Source of the DNA: Bacteroidales bacterium UBA1402
GTDB taxonomy: Bacteria > Bacteroidota > Bacteroidia > Bacteroidales > UBA1402
DNA length: 64,000 bases
Direction of reading: 5' to 3'
Assembly: GCA_002305085.1 (NCBI GenBank)
Contig: DBQE01000003.1
Location: 5,826-69,825, forward strand
Shown here: positions 27,947 to 35,805 of the stretch, piece by piece
Layout: every line of letters starts with the position of its first letter
How positions within the stretch are numbered: the first letter of the stretch is position 1
The notes under the pieces: generated by a model
Seen by the model: only the letters and a program-made list of their open reading frames with translations
Told to the model about the DNA's origin: nothing
The model's database searches: none
Program-made: the position numbers and the translations under genes

Positions 27947-30729
27947 CAGGGGGTGGGTTTAGCGAGTTGTTGTACTAACAAGATCAGCGAGAGGGTGGAG
28001 GTCAGCGTGGCCAGGCTGCGGGCTACGGTGCTCTCGAAGTCTATTTTTTCTTTGGGTTCGCTTTCTTTGCGGATCTTTTCGGGATCCATTTGCAGGGTGA
28101 TGGTGGAGCCGGGCTGCACCTTAGGGAAGTTGCGGATAAAAAGGAAGCAGTCGGTGCCTTCCATCTGGTTGTTGGCGTGGGTCACGGTGACGCTGCGGCG
28201 GTTGGCGTTTTTGTCGAAGCCGCCGGCAAACTTGCGCACATACCATTTGGCCGATTTGGGGCCCTGGTACACTACGTTTTTAAGTTGGTAATTGTCGGGG
28301 TCGAGGGAGTAGTCGGCCATACGGGTACCTGTTTCCAGTATGGTAACCACGTTTTCGGTGCGGCGGATATTGATCACATCGCCATCGAAAAGGATGGGAT
28401 TGTAGTTGATTTTACTGCCGCTGCGCATAGCCATATTGAGATTGATGCTGATAAAGCCCCGGTTGTCGTAAGTGCGAATCAGTTGGGCGCCGTAGGGGTT
28501 GGCGTCGTCGAGCAGGCCGCCGGCTTGTTTGATCACGTCGCGCAGGCTGGTTTTCTTTTCTTCCAACAGATAGGGACCGGGGTATTTCACCTGGCCGTTA
28601 AGCTCAACCACCCGGCCTGTGGTAAACTCGGGCGTCATACGCACCACCACCATGTCGTAGGGCTGCAGTTTAAAATCGGCTGGGCTTTTAAGCTGATAAC
28701 TACTATCTACTTCTACGGTGATCAGATCCAATTTAACCGCTTCGGTAGGCGAAAAAACATGCCTGAACACTTCCACCCTGTTGAAAGCCGCGCCCATGTT
28801 GAAACCTCCGGCGTTGATCAGCAGGTCGTGCAGACTCATACTGGGGTCGAAGGTAAAGCTGTTGGGGTTTTTTACCGCTCCGGCCACCCGTATTTCGCCC
28901 ACATTGGTATAAGTAGCGTTGTCGTAAATGCGCAGTTGGTCGCCGGGCTGCAACGACATCTCGCCGGCCTTGTCGAGCTCTACGCGGATGTATTCGGTTT
29001 CGGCCGGGTTGAGCAGGTTACGGCGAAAAATATAGGCAACAGGGTAAACACTGGGGCGAAGTCCGCCGGCCATCTCCAGAGCTTGATTCACCGTAAGCCG
29101 GTCGCTCAGCAACATTTCCCGTTCAAAGGGTTGGCGCACCTGGCCCAGCACGGCTATGGTGGCCACATCGCTGTAGGTGGCCCGGTCGAGGATACGGACT
29201 CTGTCGCGTCTCTGCAAGTCAAAGTCGGGCGCGTCCTGATAGCCGGGGAAGGCCACCGTGATCACTTCGCGTGTATTATCGGGTCTGAGCCGTTCGATCA
29301 GCAAAAAATCGGTTTTGGCACGGTAGTCGGGTCTGGCCGTTTTGAGTAGGGCATCCAGGCTCGGATTGGCTTCAATGTCGTAACGGCCGGGGTAATACAC
29401 GCTGCCCTCAATATCCACATAGAGTTCCATGGGCTTACCGATGCTTTTCAGCCTCACTATATCGCCGTCTATCAGAGCCACTTTGCTTTTTCCCCCAAGC
29501 ACTTCGCTCAAGTTATATTCGTAGAGCTTTTCTTCGCCCTGTTCGTAGCGTTGTATTTGCACAAAGTCGGGATAGGCGTCCATATTCAGGCCGCCGGCGT
29601 ATTGAATCAAGTTGAGGAGGTCTTCGCCCTCGAGCATTTCGTACGACATGGGGCGTTTGACCGCGCCCTCTATGCTGACCAACTTTTGGGCTACGGGTAC
29701 AAATAAAATATCGTTGTTTTGCAATTCAAACTCAAAGCGTTGGACCGGGTTTTGCATAAATTCGTACACGTCCATGGTGCGGCGGGTTTTGCCCCGAATC
29801 AGCTCAATACGACGCACCGAACCGATTTCGCTGGGGCCGCCGGCAGCAGCCAAGGCATTGAAGGCCGAGTTTAGGGCCGAGAGGCTAAAGCTGCCGCTCA
29901 CCCGGGTTTCGCCAAAAATATTCACCATAATGGTGCGGGCCGTTACTATGGTTACCGCAATCTGATCGGGCTCGAACTTATAAAAGCTGCCCAGCTTGCT
30001 GCGCAACTGCTCGCGGGCCTGAGCCAGCGTAAGGCCTTTTAAAAAGATTTTGGACAGGCCGCTGGGCTGGATGGAACCGTCGGGGGCTATACGTTGCTGT
30101 ATATCGGTTTGCGATGCCCCAAAGATGCTGATGTGGATTTCGTCGCCCGGGCCCAGCACATAGCTGTCGGGAGCCTGCGCTCCGTCGGTGGTGCGAAACA
30201 CCTCCAAGCTCTGATCGGTAAACAGCGAATGGCCGTAAATGCGGCGGATACGCCCCGAAGCCTCCCGATCCTGCTGCCGGGCAGCCTCGGTTTGAATAAC
30301 ACGCTGGGCGGCTTCGGCGGCGGCTTCGGCGGGGGTGGTGGCGGGTAATTCGCTTTCGGTGCTGACCGGACTGATTGGAATGGGCTGCCCTGTGGCAGTC
30401 GCCGCCGCAGATACGGTCGCCGTCGCTTTTTTCTCGGCTTCCAGTTCATCGAGTACCGCCTTAATCTGAGACTCGTATTTGGGATACTCGGCCGGCGGTA
30501 TGGTTTCGGGATTAATGCCTTTTTCGAGCAAACGAGTCCGGACTTCGGACTCGTTCAAACCCCGCTTTTGCAGTTCGTCCTGAGCCATCAACATTAGGGC
30601 CGGAGACTGAGCCTGCACTGCCGCACTGAAATAGGGCAATGGAGCCGGTAGAAGCAAAAGCAGCAGCAAGCCTGCCTTGATGGCCATTGCTGCGGCACAA
30701 CGGGGGATAAATCGTTTGGGAACGCTCAT
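27946..30729 (-). CDS. Wza/BexD-type outer-membrane polysaccharide export protein with multiple SLBB repeats
   Basis: 927 aa with a signal peptide, the Poly_export-like YVLGPGDEIHISIFG, and repeated soluble-ligand-binding beta-grasp units (GAVKRPMSYEM, GSVYYPGRYDI, GAVKNPNSFTF, GQVKYPGPYLL). Confidence 0.8.
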   Translation of the reverse strand: MSVPKRFIPRCAAAMAIKAGLLLLLLLPAPLPYFSAAVQAQSPALMLMAQDELQKRGLNESEVRTRLLEKGINPETIPPAEYPKYESQIKAVLDELEAEKKATATVSAAATATGQPIPISPVSTESELPATTPAEAAAEAAQRVIQTEAARQQDREASGRIRRIYGHSLFTDQSLEVFRTTDGAQAPDSYVLGPGDEIHISIFGASQTDIQQRIAPDGSIQPSGLSKIFLKGLTLAQAREQLRSKLGSFYKFEPDQIAVTIVTARTIMVNIFGETRVSGSFSLSALNSAFNALAAAGGPSEIGSVRRIELIRGKTRRTMDVYEFMQNPVQRFEFELQNNDILFVPVAQKLVSIEGAVKRPMSYEMLEGEDLLNLIQYAGGLNMDAYPDFVQIQRYEQGEEKLYEYNLSEVLGGKSKVALIDGDIVRLKSIGKPMELYVDIEGSVYYPGRYDIEANPSLDALLKTARPDYRAKTDFLLIERLRPDNTREVITVAFPGYQDAPDFDLQRRDRVRILDRATYSDVATIAVLGQVRQPFEREMLLSDRLTVNQALEMAGGLRPSVYPVAYIFRRNLLNPAETEYIRVELDKAGEMSLQPGDQLRIYDNATYTNVGEIRVAGAVKNPNSFTFDPSMSLHDLLINAGGFNMGAAFNRVEVFRHVFSPTEAVKLDLITVEVDSSYQLKSPADFKLQPYDMVVVRMTPEFTTGRVVELNGQVKYPGPYLLEEKKTSLRDVIKQAGGLLDDANPYGAQLIRTYDNRGFISINLNMAMRSGSKINYNPILFDGDVINIRRTENVVTILETGTRMADYSLDPDNYQLKNVVYQGPKSAKWYVRKFAGGFDKNANRRSVTVTHANNQMEGTDCFLFIRNFPKVQPGSTITLQMDPEKIRKESEPKEKIDFESTVARSLATLTSTLSLILLVQQLAKPTP

Positions 30730-30773
30730 TGTTGCTGTATTTGTATTGAATTTACTTGTTGTTTATAGACAGG

Positions 30774-32693
30774 CTATACTTTTTCGAGCCAACTGTTCTG
30801 GGCTTTGTACTCGGGCACCAGTTTGCGCACAAGTCTGACCACAGCCGGGATGTCCACCTGCCTCGAAGCCTTCAATAGGGGCTCAACAGCATTGTTGAAG
30901 GCCTCAAATTCGTAAGTGCGGGCCTGGGCTACACGGATCTTGGGATGTTTGGTGGGCAGGGTGTTCTCCTCGTCGCTCAACACCTCTTCGTAAAGCTTTT
31001 CGCCCGGACGCAAGCCGGTGTACTTGATTTTGATATCGGTATCGGGCTGATAGCCGGCCAGTTCTATCATGCGACGGGCCAGTTCGCTGATCTTGACGGG
31101 AGTGCCCATGTCGAAAACATAGATTTCACTGTCCCCCCCCATAGCGGCAGCCTCGAGCACCAGGCGGCAGGCCTCGGGGATGGTCATAAAATAGCGGGTA
31201 ATTTCGGGATGGGTCACCGTAACCGGTCCGCCCTTTTCGATCTGTTCGCGAAAGCGGGGCACCACCGAACCGTTCGATCCCAACACATTGCCAAAACGGG
31301 TGGTAATGTAGCGGGTGCAGCCGGGCACCTTTCCTTTGGAAATATGCATGCCCAGGCTCTGGATATAGATTTCGGCCAGGCGTTTGCTGGCTCCCATGAT
31401 GTTGGTGGGATTCACGGCTTTGTCGGTAGAAACCATAATCATTTTTTCGGTCCGGTATCTCAAAGAGGCCTCGGCCACGTTGATGCTTCCTTTGACATTG
31501 ACCAATATGGCTTCGCAGGGATTTTCTTCCATCAGGGGCACATGCTTGTAAGCAGCGGCATGAAAAACCATATGTGGCGTGTACTGTTCGAACATCTTGT
31601 TCACCCTCTCCGGCACTCTGACGTCGCCTATCACGGGAATCAGCTTGAGGTAGGGAAATTTTTCTTCGAGCTCCAGGCGAATATGGTGTATGGGAGTTTC
31701 GGCAATATCAAACAGCACCAGCCGCTGTATGCCCATGGTAGCTACCTGCCGGCAAAGTTCGCTGCCTATGGAGCCGGCGGCTCCGGTCACCAACACAGTT
31801 TTGCCTCTGAGCTCGTTTCTGACCTCTCCGAGATTGATGTTGATTTCTTCGCGTTCCAGCAGGTCTTCGATCTCTATGGGCCGCACTTCGGTTTTAATGC
31901 CGCCTATCTCGCCCGAGAATTCGCCCACGGGAGGAACAATCAGCACTTGTATATGGCGCTTTTCGCAAAAGCGAATAATGCGATCCTTTTCGTCTTGTAC
32001 GCTTTTGTAATTGGGAAACAAAATGCCCTGAATGCCGCGGTCGTGAAAAACCTCGTCGAATTCCGCTTCGTTGCGTATAAAATACACCGGCAAACCGGCC
32101 AGGCGGAAGCGTTTTACCTTATCGCTATAGACGCAAAAACCCCGCACCAGGAATTTTTTGTCGGACTTAAGCCTGGCTTCGAGCGAAGCACTCACGTCGC
32201 CCAGGCCGTAGATGAGAATGTTTTTGCGAACCCGCACCCCGGCGCGTTGCAGAGCCAGGTCGTAAGCACTGATCATCAGTATGCGCATAACCACCAAACC
32301 GGCAAAACTGATCAGAAAATCGATGCCGGCAGCTGCCCAGATTTTTTCGCGAAACACAAACTTCCAGAACAAAAACAAGGTCGCCAGCATCAAAACTATT
32401 TTAAAACCCGCGCTCAGGCCCAAATAGCCCACTTCGCGCAGACTGGAATGGCGGATGATATTCCGATAGGTGTTAAAGCTCGAAAAAGCCACAAAGCTGA
32501 ATGCCAGCGACAGCAGGCAGATAAGCAGTATATCTGCCGCCAGCAGGTAAACGTTCATGTATTGGCGCACCAGCAAGCAGGTGACCAGGGTGCTCAGTAC
32601 CGATACAATCAGATCGGCAGCCAACACTACCCAATAACTGAGGTAGCGCGACGATAATATTCGCTTACGTATTTTTTCGAAGATATTCTTCAT
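30774..32693 (-). CDS. membrane-anchored CapD/PglF/WbpM-type nucleotide-sugar 4,6-dehydratase
   Basis: 639 aa with about four N-terminal TM segments, then VLVTGAAGSIGSEL, AAAYKHVPLME and MGASKRLAE. Confidence 0.85.
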   Translation of the reverse strand: MKNIFEKIRKRILSSRYLSYWVVLAADLIVSVLSTLVTCLLVRQYMNVYLLAADILLICLLSLAFSFVAFSSFNTYRNIIRHSSLREVGYLGLSAGFKIVLMLATLFLFWKFVFREKIWAAAGIDFLISFAGLVVMRILMISAYDLALQRAGVRVRKNILIYGLGDVSASLEARLKSDKKFLVRGFCVYSDKVKRFRLAGLPVYFIRNEAEFDEVFHDRGIQGILFPNYKSVQDEKDRIIRFCEKRHIQVLIVPPVGEFSGEIGGIKTEVRPIEIEDLLEREEININLGEVRNELRGKTVLVTGAAGSIGSELCRQVATMGIQRLVLFDIAETPIHHIRLELEEKFPYLKLIPVIGDVRVPERVNKMFEQYTPHMVFHAAAYKHVPLMEENPCEAILVNVKGSINVAEASLRYRTEKMIMVSTDKAVNPTNIMGASKRLAEIYIQSLGMHISKGKVPGCTRYITTRFGNVLGSNGSVVPRFREQIEKGGPVTVTHPEITRYFMTIPEACRLVLEAAAMGGDSEIYVFDMGTPVKISELARRMIELAGYQPDTDIKIKYTGLRPGEKLYEEVLSDEENTLPTKHPKIRVAQARTYEFEAFNNAVEPLLKASRQVDIPAVVRLVRKLVPEYKAQNSWLEKV

Positions 32694-32715
32694 ATAAGAT
32701 GAGGCTGATTTTAAA

Positions 32716-33360
32716 TTACTGTTTTGGATCGAGAGGTTCCAGATAATGCTTGGGCAGATAAGTGCCGGCAGCCACCGAAAACAGGCCTTGCAGGCGTATC
32801 ACCACCCTTTTGTGTCCTTTTATGCGTATCAGCTCGCCTTCGAGGCCGGCCAATTCGCCTTTGACCACGCGCACCCGGTCGCCGGGTCTCAGTTTATCGT
32901 TGAGCACCTGTATGGAATCGCGGGCAAAATCAACGAAAAATATAAAATCGCGCATTTGCCGGTCGGGAATCACCAGCACTTGTTTGGTTTCGAGGTTGCG
33001 AAGGTAACTAAGAGGCAGAAAATGCTCGTTGAGCAGCTCGAAAAGCACTTCTTTGCGACAGTGCAGAAACAGAAGCCTCGGCACCAGGGGACGCAAGACT
33101 TTGCGCTTCTTTCCGCCCAGCACCCTTATCTGCTCCTTCATGGGGAGAAAATTCTCCACACCCAGCTCATCGAGCTTATTTTTGATCTTCAGCTCCTGAC
33201 GCGGCCGGGTGTTGGCAGCGAACCATTGTAAGGCTGCGGACTGCCCGGCCAAGTTTGCAGGCTTTTCGGGCTGTTTGGCCGAGTTTGCAGGCTTTTCGGA
33301 CTGCACGGCCCGGACTGCTCGCTGAGCTTTGCTCATTTCAAAGTTGTTTTCTCCCGACAT
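32716..33360 (-). CDS. UpxY-family (NusG/RfaH-like) transcription antiterminator
   Basis: 214 aa. It has an NGN-like WFAANTRPRQELKIKNKL and a KOW motif GDRVRVVKGELAGLEGELIRIKG. It is the first gene of the locus, as in Bacteroidales capsule operons. Confidence 0.75.
   Translation of the reverse strand: MSGENNFEMSKAQRAVRAVQSEKPANSAKQPEKPANLAGQSAALQWFAANTRPRQELKIKNKLDELGVENFLPMKEQIRVLGGKKRKVLRPLVPRLLFLHCRKEVLFELLNEHFLPLSYLRNLETKQVLVIPDRQMRDFIFFVDFARDSIQVLNDKLRPGDRVRVVKGELAGLEGELIRIKGHKRVVIRLQGLFSVAAGTYLPKHYLEPLDPKQ
33252..33311 (-). repeat. 30-bp tandem duplication inside the upxY 5' coding region
   Basis: agtttgcaggcttttcgggctgtttggccg followed by agtttgcaggcttttcggactgcacggccc. It encodes SEKPANSAKQ / PEKPANLAGQ ahead of the NGN domain. 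Confidence 0.8.
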
Positions 33361-33416
33361 ATACCGCTATTCTTATTGAAATAAACCGCTGTGTATAAAC
33401 GCTTAAATCCAACTTT

Positions 33417-33440
33417 TTATTGCCCCGAATCGGGCAATAA
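33417..33440 (-). promoter_or_regulatory. stem-loop in the upxY 5' leader
   Basis: ttattgccc cgaatc gggcaataa forms a perfect 9-bp stem ~60 nt upstream of the upxY ATG. No U-tract follows on either strand, so it is not a terminator. Confidence 0.4.
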
Positions 33441-33570
33441 GTTCAAGAAAGCTTAACAAAAAACCCAAAGCTTCGCCGACTGTTTCCAATATAGAAATCA
33501 GCAAGTCAGTCTAAACCAAGGGTTGAAGCAGGCCACTTACACAGCAAGCATACCTCTCGCCAAACGCCGG

Positions 33571-33578
33571 CAAAGATA
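33571..33578 (-). promoter_or_regulatory. candidate Bacteroidota -7 box (TATCTTTG) for the glycan operon
   Basis: The minus strand reads TATCTTTG, matching TAnnTTTG. No good TTTG -33 element sits at the right spacing. It would give a ~200-nt leader. Confidence 0.3.
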
Positions 33579-33732
33579 ATTTAATTTACCGTATAAACAT
33601 AGATAAAAGAAGAAAAATAGGCGAATTTTATTAACAGAAAAACTTATATTATTAACACTTCTTGTAGATTTCCAAAAAACAAAAAAAGCAGGCCCGAAAC
33701 CCGTCCGGACCCGCTTAGCGCCTGTAGGATTG

Positions 33733-33805
<73 letters not shown>

Positions 33806-33873
33806 AAACCGGCTGCAAAAGTACAAGCTTTTGGCGAGAGCACAAGGAAATTTCAAAAAAAATCCGGCAGACT

Positions 33874-34326
33874 TTAAAAATCGGCCATCAGTTTTTTGTA
33901 GAACTCTTTGAGTTCACGGTTGAAGTCTTCGAGCAGGTTTTCGCTGACAGGCTCTTCTTCCCGATCGATGAGCAAAAGTTCGGCCAGGTTTTCAAATTCG
34001 TCGTTGAGCAGCATCACCCTAAAAGGCAGGCAGAGATTGAGTTGTTCAAACAATCCTTCGTCGCGGGCTTCCTGCAGCAAGTCTTTCATCAGAAGTTCCA
34101 CGTTTTGGAGCTCGGCCTCGCTGTTGATGTTTTCGGGGTCTTCGGCCCAACGATGCACCGCAATTTTTTCGAGCACTTTGAAATCTTCGTCCAATATGGA
34201 AAACTCGGCAATCTCGGGGCTGGGCTGGATATAGATCACCCCGGTACACTGCGAACCGTATTGGGTTTTGATCTGTTCCAGAGCCCTGCGTAAGTGTTTA
34301 TCGAATAAGTTACGTAATGCTTCCAT
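33874..34326 (-). CDS. hypothetical acidic protein (150 aa)
   Basis: Clean ORF with an ATG start, strongly D/E-rich and with no recognisable motif. The overlapping plus-strand ORFs run into the tRNA and look spurious. Confidence 0.55.
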   Translation of the reverse strand: MEALRNLFDKHLRRALEQIKTQYGSQCTGVIYIQPSPEIAEFSILDEDFKVLEKIAVHRWAEDPENINSEAELQNVELLMKDLLQEARDEGLFEQLNLCLPFRVMLLNDEFENLAELLLIDREEEPVSENLLEDFNRELKEFYKKLMADF

Positions 34327-34511
34327 GTTTCATTTTTGTCTGTATCGGGTTGATTTTGTCTTTCAAGTTGAGGGGCAAAAGTAAACATTATTCCCGAACG
34401 GCAAGCATTCCTTTGCTGACGGCTTGTCCTTTTGATAATGCGTCTGCTTCAGAATTCGGCCTCTGCGGGCGGGATTTCGTCCGAAGCATGGCTACCGGAT
34501 GCCCCCGGGCC

Positions 34512-35615
34512 CTAAAACTTTTCAAGCTCTTTTTGGCGTTGCTGCAACAAATATTTCCAATTATCAAGCATTTCTTTTTCCGTAGGGATGGGCATAAACA
34601 AGATTGTTTCGGGAATAGTCCGGGCTTTTTCTATCCATTGCAGGGCTTCGTCCACCCGGTCGTGGCGTTCATGGTAGAGCGCCATATTGACGGCTGCCCG
34701 GTAGCGATTTTTTTTGTTGCTTGTTTCGTAGGCTTTTTCCCAATAGCGGACCGCTCCTTCCCAATCGTCGGAGCGCATACGGTCCACGGCCAGTTTAATC
34801 AGGTAATTACCGTTTATATAATAATAGCGTTCGGCACTGCGCCAGCCGGGCACCAGGCTTTCGAGCACTTTTTCCGCCTGAATTTCGGCCAACTCGGGCA
34901 AGGTTTGCTCAAAATCGGGCAAAGAGCTGAAAGGCCGGTCTTTACGAAGAATCAGATTGCCTGTCCTCATGGTGTCCAAGAGTAAAAATTCCGACAGAGA
35001 ATTTAAATAAGGAGTTTCGAGCAATTCCCAAACAGCGGCTGTCAATATGTTACGGCCAACATAGTCTCCGTCGGTGTTCATAAAAGTTTTTATTTCGTAT
35101 TGCTTCAAAATCAGCACATAATCGCAGCCCAACGAGTCGTGCAAACGATAAAGAGTCTGGTAACCGAGGCTGTCCGGAACGAATTTCGGGCGTTCAATGT
35201 CGCTGAAATGCCCGCTGTTAATTAACTTTTGCTCTATGCTTTGCATCAAATAGGCAACTGCGGAATCGCAATTTAAAAGCGTATCGCGTTGGTATTCGAA
35301 ATCGAGGAAAACTTTGTGCAGCGGCTCTATAGGCCTAAGCGGACTCTCATCGATGAGTAACAACTTTTTACCGGGAGGCAATTCCTGCACCTTAGCGGGC
35401 ATCAACTGCTCAAAATAGAAAGGTGCTATGCTCTGACACGATACCGCTCCCATTACCGGCAAGGCCAACACAAGCAAGGGCGTAACTGCCTTCCTCAGTG
35501 GTGCAACCACCCTTCTCAGTGGAGTAGTTATCTTCCTTAGTGACGGAGCTATCTTCTTATGTGGAGCCGCCCTTCTCAAGCAATTTAAATGGCGGTTTTT
35601 CTGAGTACTTCGCAT
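34512..35615 (-). CDS. TPR-repeat lipoprotein
   Basis: The tracked ORF begins at a TTG (35627); the first ATG is at 35615. It has a hydrophobic core LLVLALPVMGAVSC with a Cys lipobox and C-terminal TPR-like helices (WEGAVRYWEKAYE...YRAAVNMALYHERHDRVDEALQWIEKA). An alternative GTG start at 35510 would give a canonical short signal peptide. Confidence 0.65.
   Translation of the reverse strand: MRSTQKNRHLNCLRRAAPHKKIAPSLRKITTPLRRVVAPLRKAVTPLLVLALPVMGAVSCQSIAPFYFEQLMPAKVQELPPGKKLLLIDESPLRPIEPLHKVFLDFEYQRDTLLNCDSAVAYLMQSIEQKLINSGHFSDIERPKFVPDSLGYQTLYRLHDSLGCDYVLILKQYEIKTFMNTDGDYVGRNILTAAVWELLETPYLNSLSEFLLLDTMRTGNLILRKDRPFSSLPDFEQTLPELAEIQAEKVLESLVPGWRSAERYYYINGNYLIKLAVDRMRSDDWEGAVRYWEKAYETSNKKNRYRAAVNMALYHERHDRVDEALQWIEKARTIPETILFMPIPTEKEMLDNWKYLLQQRQKELEKF
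35483..35580 (-). repeat. ~21-nt tandem repeats (4-5 copies) at the 5' end of the lipoprotein gene
   Basis: Plus-strand units are taactgccttcctcagtggtgc / aaccacccttctcagtggagt / agttatcttccttagtgacgg / agctatcttcttatgtggagc. They encode basic heptads APSLRKI TTPLRRV VAPLRKA VTPL. Confidence 0.7.
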
Positions 35616-35695
35616 GTTGAAAATCAAACTAGGGCAAAGATATATTTTTTATACAGAAATTGATACACAAAACCGGCTGTTTTTAACGTATTTGT

Positions 35696-35726
35696 TTTGG
35701 ATATTCGGCAAGTCTTTGTAAATTTG
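35696..35726 (+). promoter_or_regulatory. candidate rpsA promoter (Bacteroidota -33 TTTG / -7 TAnnTTTG)
   Basis: TTTG at 35696..35699, a 19-nt spacer, then TAAATTTG at 35719..35726. It lies ~80 nt upstream of the rpsA ATG. Confidence 0.45.
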
Positions 35727-35805
35727 CGCCCTATTTTACCAGCGGTACTCGTACTGCTGAATTTTATCAACATAAAGTCTAATTTACAAACAATTACCTC
35801 TAAAA

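Noticed and set aside
28090-29349. 419-aa plus-strand ORF, with neighbouring plus-strand ORFs 27590..28291 and 29612..29965, inside the Wza-like gene
   Set aside because: It is antisense to a well-supported 927-aa exporter gene. The translation is a low-complexity G/V/A/H-rich string with no motifs. Long stop-free antisense frames are expected in GC-richer coding DNA.
30087-30449. Same-strand alternative-frame ORF with a proline run (PPPPPKPPPKPP) inside the Wza-like gene
   Set aside because: It is an out-of-frame reading of the Ala/Glu/Thr-rich low-complexity N-terminal region of the exporter. It has no independent start context.
30945-32657. 570-aa plus-strand ORF opposite the CapD/PglF-like dehydratase
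   Set aside because: It is a shadow ORF. The minus-strand product has clear Rossmann and catalytic motifs, and the antisense translation is featureless (G/H/A/F-rich).
33361-33732. Invertible (phase-variable) capsule promoter as in Bacteroides fragilis
   Set aside because: I found no pair of inverted repeats of useful length flanking a promoter-sized segment, only 6-bp AAGCTT palindromes and a 9-bp hairpin. No site-specific recombinase gene is nearby. This was a visual scan only, so short imperfect inverted repeats could have been missed.
34317-34985. 222-aa plus-strand ORF opposite the 3' half of the TPR lipoprotein gene
   Set aside because: It is antisense to an ORF with a signal peptide, lipobox and TPR helices, and it shows no motifs of its own.
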